Positions 45,337-55,574 of a stretch of DNA of 64,000 nucleotides are shown here, piece after piece. The notes beneath the pieces were generated by a model. That model saw only the letters and a list, made by a program, of their open reading frames with translations, was not told the origin of the DNA and did not search any database. The stretch's first letter is position 1, and every line of letters starts with the position of its first letter. Made by a program: the position numbers and the translations under genes. The stretch is from IMG/VR virus record IMGVR_UViG_3300032561_000012, positions 20,543 to 84,542 of that record; one strand, given 5' to 3'. The DNA comes from a virus.

Positions 45337-48243
45337 ATGGCAATCAGTCGCGTTCCGGGGTATGCCTTAGTATCTGCACTAGACAGACAAGGCACGGATC
45401 TTTCATTCATTAGTACAACCAACGGTGGCACTTTTGGTAATACTTTGGTTTATATGGACTTCACTGGATTTACAGTGGGGATCAATGAACCTAACCCCTA
45501 TAACTTTGGTCAAAGCCTAGTAGTCAACGGTAGTATCTTAATTGAAGCCGGCGGCCTACTGACCACAGGCAATCTACAATACGATCTAGGTAACGTTACT
45601 AATCAATGGCGCAGTGTTTGGGCTGGTAATATCTACGGCACACTACAAACAGCTAATCAACCTAATATCACAACCTTAGGCAGTTTAACAACATTAACAG
45701 TGGCACCTGGGTCAGCCATTAATGTTAGTAACAATAGAATACAGTATGTAGGTACACCAATAGCTAGTACAGATGCTGTGACCAAAGGTTATGTTGACAC
45801 TGCCACAGCAAATTTATCAGCAAACATTATATCGTCAACTGTAGGTAATGTAATACCACTAGGCACACCTAGTGATGGAAACCTTGGCGGCAACAATGCT
45901 GCCTATTTAGGATTCTCAACTACTACCACAGTCACTGATGCCATTGATATCTTAAACTCAGTAGCAGAAAATCTATTTACAAATACATTTGTTCGTAGTG
46001 TTACATTCTCAAGCAATGTAACAGCAGGAGGCCAAGGTCAAAGCGTTTTACTAACAATGGTACCGCAAGGCAATGTTAATCAATATGTGATTAACTGGGG
46101 TGATGGATCAGGCAATACAACTACAAGTTCTACTACGGCGGCACATCAATATAATACCAATGCTGGTACTCCATTTACAGTTACAGTGGTAGCAAGTAAT
46201 ACCAACGGTGCAGTGCCGAGTAATAGTGCTTCATTCCAAATCCCTGGGTACATACAGATATATGGTCCTAACCCAGTATTAAGCTATAACTTGTACAGAA
46301 CAAGTTCAGGCGGAACAATACTTAGTGGCAATAACTTGTATGCTATTCAAGGTAACGCAATTTACCTACAGAACACCACAACCAATACCAACACTTCAGT
46401 GGTAACATGGAGTGTAACATGGGGTGATGGTACAACATCTAATATTGCCAATAACTCAAATCCAGGCGGTGTACTTGGAGCCAATTTGAGCTACACCTAT
46501 AATACCAATAGCGGTACAGGATCAGACACAGTAACATTGAACTTGTTAACAGACAATTTAGCTAACCCAGCTATACTGCCTTTGAGTACAAGCCAAACAT
46601 TGAAAGTTTATGCGAATGTAATTAATCCTCCAGCTGGAGTTAATACTAGAACACTAACAGGTGTTACTAACACCTCAGGTACTAGCCCTTACTTAGCCTA
46701 CGGATTTGCAGACAACACAGGCGGTACAACGTTAACAGCAGGCACCGCAGTCAGCAGAATTGCTACTACAACATCATTGGTAGGCATTGCAGGCAACGTT
46801 ACTTCGTCTTACAGTTATACAGCCAACGTTGGATATTTAACATCAGTGATCAATGGAGCTGTACAAGGCAATATTACTCTTGCTACACAGTCAACTCCTA
46901 CATTGGTGGGTAATATTGGATTAACTAGTATTGTTGATTTTAATCTATATACATCAGCGGGGATAGCAACAACGTTTGCTAGCAGTACTTATTACCCAAT
47001 GCTGTACTATGGATTTACAGCTAATATTCAAACACCAGTAAGTAAACTTGCTACTGGCGTAAGTAGATTCAGTATAAATCATTCAACTACAGGATCAACA
47101 CCTAATGTTGACTTTGTGGTAGATAACATTACAGCTACTCCAGTAGTTACAGCTGGATACACAGCTAATGCTACTAACGGTACTTACAGATATATATCAG
47201 GTATACCATACTATAACACAAGTAGCCCAACTATCAACCTAGGTAACATTACAGTATCGAACTTAACTGGACAAACTTACTATAACGGTAGCCCATTCAC
47301 TGTGGCCACAGGGCAGTTCCAAGAAGGCACCAGTAGTGCTATTACGGGTACTAATACCTATACCTACACACAGGTCAGCAATTCGTCAGTGGGTATCCTA
47401 AATGGTAGTATACCGTATGCTAACGTTGGTGTAGGTAATGTCTATACTATAGCTACATTGAGTGTGCCAATTACAGCCAGCGCAGTGCGAAGTGTAGCAA
47501 ACTTGGTAGTATCTGCGGTTAACGTTAACGGTACTAGCTCTAATGCTTATAATACAACCAACGTGCAGGTACATACAGCTAGCCAAAGCGGTATCAGTGA
47601 AATTGCTATATCAGCTACGACCAGCGCAAATACTAACCCGGCAGTGCGTAGCACATACTTCTTAGCCAACACAACTAATACGCCAGCGTATGTTAGCTCA
47701 ACTAACTTTATGACTACCCCAAATGTCTACACTGAAACAGCAGACCCAGGCGTAGCAGGTACACGTGAAGCAACAATCAGACTTGGTGTACTAAAATTCT
47801 CTGCTAACAATTACAGCGTAGGTTACTTACCTGTTGGTCCTAATCGTAGTGGTGATGGTGCTAACAATCAATACTTTACAATGGGATTTCAACGTGCAGG
47901 GGTATCATCATTTACTTTAAATATTACAGCACCTGTAGGTATTGTTGGATGTTGGATCGCCGCACCAGGAACAGCAATTGATAGTACTAGTACGTTAAAT
48001 GGTTGGTTAGATGCTACAGTTAGTTATGCTGGTAGCGGTAAACCAGGAGCTAATACAGGAGCTGGCGGTAACGGATCAAACGGATGCGGATCAGGCGGAC
48101 TAATTGCAGCCAACGTAGCCCTAAGTGGTAGTTACACAATAACATTAGGTACAGTTAGTTTAACCTCAGCGACTAATAACGTTGCTTTAATTAGAATAGC
48201 ATTAGCAAGTGGACAATATGTGTCTACATTAGGATTAGCATAA
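45337..48243 (+). CDS. Virion structural protein with PKD/Ig-like domains
   Basis: Two W.WGDG-type PKD motifs (INWGDGS, VTWGDGT) and DAVTKGYVD; ATAAATA at 45308. Confidence 0.65.
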   Translation: MAISRVPGYALVSALDRQGTDLSFISTTNGGTFGNTLVYMDFTGFTVGINEPNPYNFGQSLVVNGSILIEAGGLLTTGNLQYDLGNVTNQWRSVWAGNIYGTLQTANQPNITTLGSLTTLTVAPGSAINVSNNRIQYVGTPIASTDAVTKGYVDTATANLSANIISSTVGNVIPLGTPSDGNLGGNNAAYLGFSTTTTVTDAIDILNSVAENLFTNTFVRSVTFSSNVTAGGQGQSVLLTMVPQGNVNQYVINWGDGSGNTTTSSTTAAHQYNTNAGTPFTVTVVASNTNGAVPSNSASFQIPGYIQIYGPNPVLSYNLYRTSSGGTILSGNNLYAIQGNAIYLQNTTTNTNTSVVTWSVTWGDGTTSNIANNSNPGGVLGANLSYTYNTNSGTGSDTVTLNLLTDNLANPAILPLSTSQTLKVYANVINPPAGVNTRTLTGVTNTSGTSPYLAYGFADNTGGTTLTAGTAVSRIATTTSLVGIAGNVTSSYSYTANVGYLTSVINGAVQGNITLATQSTPTLVGNIGLTSIVDFNLYTSAGIATTFASSTYYPMLYYGFTANIQTPVSKLATGVSRFSINHSTTGSTPNVDFVVDNITATPVVTAGYTANATNGTYRYISGIPYYNTSSPTINLGNITVSNLTGQTYYNGSPFTVATGQFQEGTSSAITGTNTYTYTQVSNSSVGILNGSIPYANVGVGNVYTIATLSVPITASAVRSVANLVVSAVNVNGTSSNAYNTTNVQVHTASQSGISEIAISATTSANTNPAVRSTYFLANTTNTPAYVSSTNFMTTPNVYTETADPGVAGTREATIRLGVLKFSANNYSVGYLPVGPNRSGDGANNQYFTMGFQRAGVSSFTLNITAPVGIVGCWIAAPGTAIDSTSTLNGWLDATVSYAGSGKPGANTGAGGNGSNGCGSGGLIAANVALSGSYTITLGTVSLTSATNNVALIRIALASGQYVSTLGLA

Positions 48244-48244
48244 G

Positions 48245-51049
48245 ATGGCAATACAGAACGCATCAGACAGTCAAAAAGTAGACTACCTTTGGAAGAAGAT
48301 AGGGTATGGTGTTGCCAAGACTGATATTTCTGGCAACATTGATGCTACTAATGAACCATACGCAAGCCCATTACTAATTCGTGCTGACACTCTGTGGCAA
48401 CAGTCAGGCAGTATTCCTAACGTTGCTCCAACTAGTAATGTAGGTGTAGTCACTGCTTATCCTACTACATTCCCAATACAGTGTACTAATGACGCAGGTA
48501 TTCCAACACCAAACTTAACTTGGGTAACAGGAGTTACCAATTGGATTCCACCTGAGTTTGGGTCAACATATCAGATCAAAGTCTATATAGCACCAGCAGG
48601 CCAAGCGGCTAATGTGTTAACCAAAGGCACACAGGTATTTGCTACTGGTAGTGGTAATAACGACTTATGGTACTTTGACTATAAAGCAGGTATCTTAAAC
48701 TTTAACAGCAACAACACCCCATACGCAGGCGGTGTTCCTATCAGCTTTACTGGTAATGCTGTTTACATCAGCGGCGGAGTTTACAGCGGCTTAATTGGAT
48801 TACCTAACGGTATTGGTAACCTAACAGTCAGTAACACAACAATCTCAAGTCTTGGTGGTAATATTAGTTTTAACTCAGCTAGCGGATACATTTATGCTGG
48901 CAATGCTATTATTGCTAATATAGCTAATCCTATAAACTCACAAGATGCAGTAACAGTATCAAACTTATTAAGTGCTATTGGTAGTATTTCTTCAATCACA
49001 GGTAATCTAAATGTTACTAATAATTTAACTGTTGGTGGATATGCAAACATCACAGGAAACCTGTCACTGTCTAGCACCAGTGATCTTTTAATCAGCGGTA
49101 ATGCAGGGTTAAATGGACAGTATTTGACATCAACAGGTAATGGTCTACAATGGACAACGGTTAGTTTTAATTCTAGTCAAATTAGTTCTGGTGCAAGTAA
49201 TGTTACTGTAACTGCTAACTATGTTAATGTGGCCATCAACGGTAGTAATGTTGCATCCTTTAGCAGTACTGGGTTTACCACTGGTAATTTAACAATTAGC
49301 AACAGCACACTGTCTTCAGTTGATGGAGCCAATCTAGTACTTAATGCACCTGGGACAGGTATAGTACAGATAGCAGGCAGTGATGCACTAGGTTTACCAT
49401 ATGGTAACATTTATACACGCCCAGGAAATCCAACAATTGGGTATATTCGTTACAACACAGATGCACCTGGATTAGAAGTATGGACAGGTAATGCGTGGCT
49501 TGCACCAGGCACTGCACAAATTTTATCTCAAACAATATTCCCTGATGGTGTTAGCAACGTATTTACATTAAGCAGTAACGCATCTACTACTGGCGTACTA
49601 GTAAGTCTTAATGGTACACTACAACGCCCAGGATATGCCTACACTGTATCTAATAATAGTATTGCATTTAGTGAAGTTCCACTGACCACTGACATAGTTG
49701 AAGTTAGATACATGATCAATGGTCAAACAGTGGTATCAGCTAGTCAACTGCAATACGGTAATACTACCAGTGTTGTCTTGGACGCGACAAATGTCACAGT
49801 TACTTCACAAAATATTAACCAGTCTGGTAACTTGTCAGTTCAAGGTAACATCACCAGCGGCACACTACAAACAGGTGTTACACATATACCAACTAGTGCC
49901 AATGTAATTTATGTAGCTAAAAATGGCAATGACAGTTTTGACGGTACCATTAATGCACCATTCTTAACAATCAAAGCGGCCTTAGCTGCGGCGGCAAACA
50001 TTTCTACATCAGGAGTTAGCGTACACGTTGCTCCTGGAACATATTACGAAAATAATCCAGTGACTATTCCACAAAATGTGTCATTGATGGGCGACAATAT
50101 ACGTAATATCACAGTTATACCAAATACTCCAACAGCTGATTTATTCTATGTAACAAATGGCTGTTATGTTTGGGGTATTACAATTAAAAACTATCTAGCC
50201 AACGGATTCAGTTATAGTTCAGCAACTAGCAGTGCTAATGTTTTTGTTAGTCCTTACATACAAAATATAACATCTAGTACCACAACAGGTACCGCAGTTT
50301 ATGTTGACGGTAACAACACCAGCAGTATCAGTACCAAAGCAATGATTGTAGGTTTCTTTACTATTATCAACCAAGGCGGTGTTGGTGTACGATTAAGCAA
50401 TGGTGCTTATGCACAGTTAGTTAATATCTACACCATTGGCGCTAACGTTGGTATTTGGAGTGATTCAGGTAGCTTCTGTACACTTAACGGTTCTGACAAC
50501 AGTATTGGTAACATTGGTCTACGTGCTGACGGATACGGTACACTACAAAGTTATGGCAACACATCAGGTTATAGTACTTTTGGATCATTTACAATAAAAA
50601 ATCCAACAGCTCAGCCGCATGTTAACACTGTGATGATTATCAATGGTGATCCAGCATACTACAGTATTGATAAAATTAATAAAGTAGATGCTGTGACTTA
50701 TACTATCACAGTACAACAAACATACCTAGGTAATTTGGCACCTAACACTAATATTGCATTTTATAATCGCAGTGAAGTTGTGGCCAGCGCACATACATTT
50801 GAATATGTGGGCGCAGGAACTAACGCAGCCACAGCACTACCACAGTATGGTGGTATACCAAATGCTAACTTAAACGTAGTGACCACAGGTGGCGGCAGTG
50901 TAACATATACAGCCACAGACGAAAAAGGACAATTTTGGATTGGGCCTAATTTAGTTATCAATCAAGCAACAGGCACAATCAGCGGTGCGGCATTTAGTAA
51001 GAGTTTATTTGCATTAATGACACCATACATTTTAGCGTTGGAAATATAA
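48245..51049 (+). CDS. Tail fibre/spike with pectin-lyase-like beta-helix
   Basis: IYVAKNGND..GT..APFLTIKAAL..VHVAPGTYYE is a typical beta-helix N-cap; also HTFEYVGAG. Confidence 0.7.
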   Translation: MAIQNASDSQKVDYLWKKIGYGVAKTDISGNIDATNEPYASPLLIRADTLWQQSGSIPNVAPTSNVGVVTAYPTTFPIQCTNDAGIPTPNLTWVTGVTNWIPPEFGSTYQIKVYIAPAGQAANVLTKGTQVFATGSGNNDLWYFDYKAGILNFNSNNTPYAGGVPISFTGNAVYISGGVYSGLIGLPNGIGNLTVSNTTISSLGGNISFNSASGYIYAGNAIIANIANPINSQDAVTVSNLLSAIGSISSITGNLNVTNNLTVGGYANITGNLSLSSTSDLLISGNAGLNGQYLTSTGNGLQWTTVSFNSSQISSGASNVTVTANYVNVAINGSNVASFSSTGFTTGNLTISNSTLSSVDGANLVLNAPGTGIVQIAGSDALGLPYGNIYTRPGNPTIGYIRYNTDAPGLEVWTGNAWLAPGTAQILSQTIFPDGVSNVFTLSSNASTTGVLVSLNGTLQRPGYAYTVSNNSIAFSEVPLTTDIVEVRYMINGQTVVSASQLQYGNTTSVVLDATNVTVTSQNINQSGNLSVQGNITSGTLQTGVTHIPTSANVIYVAKNGNDSFDGTINAPFLTIKAALAAAANISTSGVSVHVAPGTYYENNPVTIPQNVSLMGDNIRNITVIPNTPTADLFYVTNGCYVWGITIKNYLANGFSYSSATSSANVFVSPYIQNITSSTTTGTAVYVDGNNTSSISTKAMIVGFFTIINQGGVGVRLSNGAYAQLVNIYTIGANVGIWSDSGSFCTLNGSDNSIGNIGLRADGYGTLQSYGNTSGYSTFGSFTIKNPTAQPHVNTVMIINGDPAYYSIDKINKVDAVTYTITVQQTYLGNLAPNTNIAFYNRSEVVASAHTFEYVGAGTNAATALPQYGGIPNANLNVVTTGGGSVTYTATDEKGQFWIGPNLVINQATGTISGAAFSKSLFALMTPYILALEI

Positions 51050-51079
51050 TAAAATAAGTAATTAATAAGGAAATAAAAT

Positions 51080-51412
51080 ATGGCAGCAGCAATTAATAAT
51101 TTTACCACAGTGACAGCTAATCTAACAGCTAACGTAGCTTCAGTTTACAGTACACCTGTTGGATATTCATCTGTGATATTGCTATGTCAAATTAGTAATG
51201 TTAGTAATAATGCTATAGCAACTAGTGGTTATCATTTAAGATCAGGTACTCCTACAGCACTATTACAAAACTATCCAGTACCAGTTAATGACGCGGTGAG
51301 TATGCTAACAGGTAGATTAGTTATGATCTACGGTGACAGTCTGCAATTCAGTGCTAACGTTAACTCTGGCGCACAATTACTATTAAGCGTTTTAGAGACA
51401 AGCACATCATAA
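51080..51412 (+). CDS. Small virion protein
   Basis: VYSTP..SVILLCQISN..GRLVMIYGDSL; paralog of 44560. Confidence 0.6.
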   Translation: MAAAINNFTTVTANLTANVASVYSTPVGYSSVILLCQISNVSNNAIATSGYHLRSGTPTALLQNYPVPVNDAVSMLTGRLVMIYGDSLQFSANVNSGAQLLLSVLETSTS

Positions 51413-51413
51413 T

Positions 51414-52418
51414 ATGGCAATAGTTACTACCCATTTAGTCAGCGGTCGTGTTCCGGTAGTTGCACCAACTAGCGTTACACCTGATCGTTATACATATCTA
51501 GGACTTAGTCAAGCAGAGCCTAACCTTGGTTACAGTGGCAATGGTAACGTCTTAACTACAAATATCTATGGACAACGCATTTGGTCTAGCAATATTAATC
51601 TAACTAATATTCAGGTTACTGGAACTATTGTTGCAGGAGCAGTAATAGCTGGCGGTATTAACCAATACGTTAGTAACACTGTACCCGCAACAGCTGCAGT
51701 AGGCGACCAATGGTATGACACTAGCACTGATATTTTATTCCAATATGAAAATACTGGTTCTAGTAATGTTTGGGTAGATGTATCATCAGTGGCACTGAAT
51801 ACCAACGTTGCTACTATTTTAGGCACAACATTAAGTATCACAGGCAACGGCACAATTACCAGCGGATTAACTGTTGGCAGTTTGACTATCAACGGCAGTG
51901 AAACTGCAACAGGTACATTGACTATTAACAGTTCAGGAAACCCAACTGCTATTCTTAACGGTAATGTTTCTGGAGTTGGTAATATTGGCTCAGCGGGTAC
52001 TACATTTAATACTGTGTTTGCTAAAGCCACAACAGCACAGTACGCTGACTTGGCTGAGATATATGCCAGCGACAGTTTATACCCAGCAGGCACAGTGGTC
52101 ATCTTTGGCGGTGTTGCAGAAGTTACCGCAAGTACAACCAATCACGATTCAGCAGTGGCCGGGGTAGTAAGTACAAATCCAGCATACTTAATGAACACAG
52201 CAGCATCAGGTGTAGCAGTAGCACTGCAAGGTCGAGTACATTGTTCTGTGCTAGGCCCAATTAACAAGGGCGACTTAGTGGTTACTAGTGATGTACCTGG
52301 AGTAGCGCAACGACTAGATCCTACGCTATGGAAACCAGGTTGTGTTATAGGTAAGAGTTTAGAAATAATTACTTCAAATCAAATAGCAACTATTGAAGTT
52401 GTGGTAGGGAGAGACTAA
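51414..52418 (+). CDS. Tail fibre protein with C-terminal peptidase-G2-like intramolecular chaperone
   Basis: AQYADLAEIY..GTVV..AGVVSTNPAYLMN..VALQGRV..KGD..IGKSL motifs. Confidence 0.75.
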   Translation: MAIVTTHLVSGRVPVVAPTSVTPDRYTYLGLSQAEPNLGYSGNGNVLTTNIYGQRIWSSNINLTNIQVTGTIVAGAVIAGGINQYVSNTVPATAAVGDQWYDTSTDILFQYENTGSSNVWVDVSSVALNTNVATILGTTLSITGNGTITSGLTVGSLTINGSETATGTLTINSSGNPTAILNGNVSGVGNIGSAGTTFNTVFAKATTAQYADLAEIYASDSLYPAGTVVIFGGVAEVTASTTNHDSAVAGVVSTNPAYLMNTAASGVAVALQGRVHCSVLGPINKGDLVVTSDVPGVAQRLDPTLWKPGCVIGKSLEIITSNQIATIEVVVGRD

Positions 52419-53242
52419 TGGGATTTCCACAGAACCCACTCAATGGTAACATAGCAACTGTAAATGGTATTACCTATACCTACAACAGTACTAAAACTGC
52501 TTGGCTACGAGCTACTACTACAGGCGCTAATCTTACTGCTAATAGCTTAACATTAACATCAAATGCTAGTGCTATATCAAGTTCTTCTGGAGCATTGATA
52601 GTCACAGGTGGCGCGGGTATTGGGGGCAACTTATATGTTGCAGGATCACTATACGGAAATATTACAGGTAACATTAATGGTATCGGTAGTATAAATTCTA
52701 CCACTGCCGCATTTAGTAATTTAATTTCTACATTGGCAACAGTTACAGGTAATATCACAGCAGGCAACATTACAGCAGGTAATGTAACTGCTAGTTATTT
52801 TGCGGGTGCGTTACTTACTGCATCGCAACCACTGCTAACAACATTAGCCAATATACAAATTTATTCGTTGGGTGTAGGCACCCCACCATCGCAAACACAA
52901 GGTGAAATACGTGCTACAAACCAAATTACATCATACTACTCAGACGAACGATTAAAAACACGTTTAGGTAGAATTGAAAACGCTTTAGACAAAGTAGATC
53001 AAATCTCAGGGTTCTATCATGAGGCCAATGACACTGCGGTAGAATTAGGTTTTTCTAAGGTGCGCGAAGTTGGTGTAAGTGCGCAAGAAATACAATCAGT
53101 ACTGCCAGAAGTTGTTACTCTAGCACCATTTGATGAACGCTACCTAACAGTTCGTTACGAAAGATTAACTCCGTTGCTGATTGAAGCAATTAAAGAACTA
53201 CGTCAAGAAGTTAACGCTATTAAAAAACAGCTTGGCGGTTAA
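52418..53242 (+). CDS. Short tail fibre with peptidase S74 (endosialidase-type) chaperone
   Basis: YSDERLK..IENALDKV..GVSAQEIQSVLPEVV..VRYERLTPLLIEAIKEL. Confidence 0.85.
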   Translation: MGFPQNPLNGNIATVNGITYTYNSTKTAWLRATTTGANLTANSLTLTSNASAISSSSGALIVTGGAGIGGNLYVAGSLYGNITGNINGIGSINSTTAAFSNLISTLATVTGNITAGNITAGNVTASYFAGALLTASQPLLTTLANIQIYSLGVGTPPSQTQGEIRATNQITSYYSDERLKTRLGRIENALDKVDQISGFYHEANDTAVELGFSKVREVGVSAQEIQSVLPEVVTLAPFDERYLTVRYERLTPLLIEAIKELRQEVNAIKKQLGG

Positions 53243-53243
53243 A

Positions 53244-53804
53244 ATGACTTTTGATCAATTCAAAGTCATAGACAACTTCATACCTTTGTCACTACAAGAA
53301 CAAATAAAGTCAACACTACTGGGACCAAAATTTGCTTGGTTCTACACTGTAGATGTGACTTATAACGCAGATGCTCCTATAGATCGTAGAAATCCAGGAT
53401 TTAGCTACTTGTTTAATCAGAATGATAGTATAGCTCCAGACATTGCAACATTGGCCTACACTGGCGCAATGACAGCAGGAGTGCAATATACAAATATCCT
53501 GCAGGCACGAGCATTCTTGCAACTGCCGCTAAGTGATAGATTTTTAACCGCAGGTGTTGATCCTTTACATGTTGACACTCAAACTCCACATTTAGTGGTG
53601 TTGTATTACGTTGTAGATTCAGATGGCGATACTCTACTAACTAACAGCACTCACAGTGATAGCTTACAGGTCGAAGATCATACTATCATAGCACGAGTTA
53701 GTCCTAAACAAGGCAGGGCACTGTTATTTGATGGCGGCTTGTATCACACAGCAGAACAACCAAAAGACAATGTTCGCTGTGTTATTAACCTGGACCTAGC
53801 TTAA
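53244..53804 (+). CDS. 2OG-Fe(II) oxygenase
   Basis: VIDNF start, HVD, YH and RCVIN motifs; start taken as ATG 53244. Confidence 0.8.
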   Translation: MTFDQFKVIDNFIPLSLQEQIKSTLLGPKFAWFYTVDVTYNADAPIDRRNPGFSYLFNQNDSIAPDIATLAYTGAMTAGVQYTNILQARAFLQLPLSDRFLTAGVDPLHVDTQTPHLVVLYYVVDSDGDTLLTNSTHSDSLQVEDHTIIARVSPKQGRALLFDGGLYHTAEQPKDNVRCVINLDLA

Positions 53805-53805
53805 A

Positions 53806-53812
53806 ATAAATA
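53806..53812 (+). promoter_or_regulatory. Late promoter (ATAAATA) for the three Cys-tail genes
   Basis: Consensus match followed by an AGGAG RBS. Confidence 0.65.
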
Positions 53813-53827
53813 AGGTAGGAGACTGAA

Positions 53828-54115
53828 ATGGCAACAACATTAGGCAATGGAATAGTAACATTTGGAGATGGCACTCGTTTGGGGTCAAACGTCATTCCTT
53901 ACGGTAATATTACCAACCCTAAAACTAACCTTACACAGTTTACTAACGATTTAGGTAACTATGGTAATTTTCTTACAGCTAACTCAATTAATACTACTCA
54001 GATTAATACAGGCGCATGGGCTAGTATGTATCTTACTTTGACTAACTGTGGAAGTAGTACTACATTGGGGTTAGCTACAGATAACTGTAATTGTAATTGT
54101 GCATGTAACTGTTAG
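53828..54115 (+). CDS. Cys-tail paralog 1 (putative radical SAM substrate)
   Basis: Conserved N-terminal half; ends DNCNCNCACNC. Confidence 0.85.
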   Translation: MATTLGNGIVTFGDGTRLGSNVIPYGNITNPKTNLTQFTNDLGNYGNFLTANSINTTQINTGAWASMYLTLTNCGSSTTLGLATDNCNCNCACNC

Positions 54116-54124
54116 GAATAAGTA

Positions 54125-54403
54125 ATGTCAACAACGTTAGGAAATGGTGTAGTAACTTTTGGAGATGGAACTAGTTTGCGCAGTTCACAGATTCAACTGG
54201 CCAATGTCAGCGGAGCGCCAACTAATCTTAGTGGGTTTACTAACAATTTAGGTAACTATGGTAATTTTATAGATGCTACAATAATTAACACAGCCAGCAG
54301 TGGATATTATAGTGCAAGTGAATATGGTCCTAAATTTTTAAATTGGAACGGTAATACTCTGCAGATAACAGCTAGTAACTGTAATTGTAATTGTAATTGT
54401 TAG
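54125..54403 (+). CDS. Cys-tail paralog 2
   Basis: Same N-terminal half; ends SNCNCNCNC. Confidence 0.85.
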   Translation: MSTTLGNGVVTFGDGTSLRSSQIQLANVSGAPTNLSGFTNNLGNYGNFIDATIINTASSGYYSASEYGPKFLNWNGNTLQITASNCNCNCNC

Positions 54404-54411
54404 GATAATAT

Positions 54412-54759
54412 ATGTCAGACATACTAGGCAATGGTGTAGTAACTTTTGGAGATGGAACTAGTTTAAGTAGTGCTGTCATTCCTTGGACTAATTTTACCAG
54501 TCGCCCAACACAGTTAAGTCAGTTTACCAATGATTTAGGCAACTATGGCGCTTTCTTGACCACTACCGCTAATGTTTTCACTGGTGACAGTGGGTACGGT
54601 GCAGGCAATGAATTTGACAATCCCAACGGTACTGTTAATGCCTGCGGTAGTGGACGCGGGGGTATTGGTCACTTAACCAGCGGAGTATGGAGTCTGACAT
54701 GGAATGGTACCTATCCGGGGCTAGCTGTTTATAACTGTAATTGTGCCTGTAACTGTTAA
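54412..54759 (+). CDS. Cys-tail paralog 3
   Basis: Same N-terminal half; ends YNCNCACNC. Confidence 0.85.
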   Translation: MSDILGNGVVTFGDGTSLSSAVIPWTNFTSRPTQLSQFTNDLGNYGAFLTTTANVFTGDSGYGAGNEFDNPNGTVNACGSGRGGIGHLTSGVWSLTWNGTYPGLAVYNCNCACNC

Positions 54760-54766
54760 AAAATAG

Positions 54767-54795
54767 TTGCACCTTAACATTAAGATATATATATT
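54767..54795 (+). promoter_or_regulatory. Possible sigma70-type promoter for the enzyme genes
   Basis: TTGCAC, 17-nt spacer, TATATT; same -35 as the gp47 promoter. Confidence 0.45.
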
Positions 54796-54809
54796 AAAGG
54801 ACTTGTAGT

Positions 54810-55574
54810 ATGGATTTTTATGCATTAACCACAAATAGAATATTACCAACTAATGATATTAGTATTGTTGGCGATACACTAACTATTAATATTTCTGATG
54901 TAACTATGGCCAATAGTTTTGGTAATACCAGTACATCAGATAGTTTTAGTTTGTCTAATTTGATTAGTAACTATGCTGTAGATCACGGTTGTATTGCTAT
55001 AATTCCTCAAGGCATGCAGGCCAATGCTAGAATGATGACCATAGAAACAACCCAACTCAGCCTAGTAGAAAAGGCTGCACCAGGTAGCAGCTACACATCA
55101 TATCAAACCACTGAAGGCAAACACTATGCTGGTAGTCCTTACAGCGTTATTGACAGTCGTTATCGTTCATACGGATATGTGTATATTCTAACACCAAGAA
55201 TTAACTGTACAGTAGATGAATGTTCAGTGATCTATAGAGACTCAAACGCTAATGTAACTGTTAATGGTAGTCAAATAACCCCAACAGCCTCAATAACTTC
55301 AACACATGCTTTCTTAGCCAATTGGATGCCCATTACTATCAGTGGCGGCTCTACAATTACAGCAGGCGATACTGCTACATATACCGTATCAGGTACAGCT
55401 AATACAACAATCTATGTCAGCGCAGACATTGGCACAGTTAATCGTGGGCGAGTAGCAGAAGGCGGGAGTTTTCAATTAAACACAGCAGGACTCGAAGCTG
55501 GTGAAACTGTGACAATCAAAGTAGGCTACAAAACTTGGAGTGGAGTAGCAACTAAGGTGGTAACTCTTGAATAA
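54810..55574 (+). CDS. Hypothetical protein with C-terminal Ig-like segment
   Basis: 254 aa; C-terminal ITISGGSTITAGDTATYTVSG...GETVTIKVGYK; overlaps the start of the next gene. Confidence 0.7.
   Translation: MDFYALTTNRILPTNDISIVGDTLTINISDVTMANSFGNTSTSDSFSLSNLISNYAVDHGCIAIIPQGMQANARMMTIETTQLSLVEKAAPGSSYTSYQTTEGKHYAGSPYSVIDSRYRSYGYVYILTPRINCTVDECSVIYRDSNANVTVNGSQITPTASITSTHAFLANWMPITISGGSTITAGDTATYTVSGTANTTIYVSADIGTVNRGRVAEGGSFQLNTAGLEAGETVTIKVGYKTWSGVATKVVTLE

Noticed and set aside
53828-54759. CRISPR array or DGR template/variable repeats
   Set aside because: The repeats are in-frame parts of paralogous genes, are not regularly spaced, differences are not adenine-specific, and no reverse transcriptase or cas gene is in the window.
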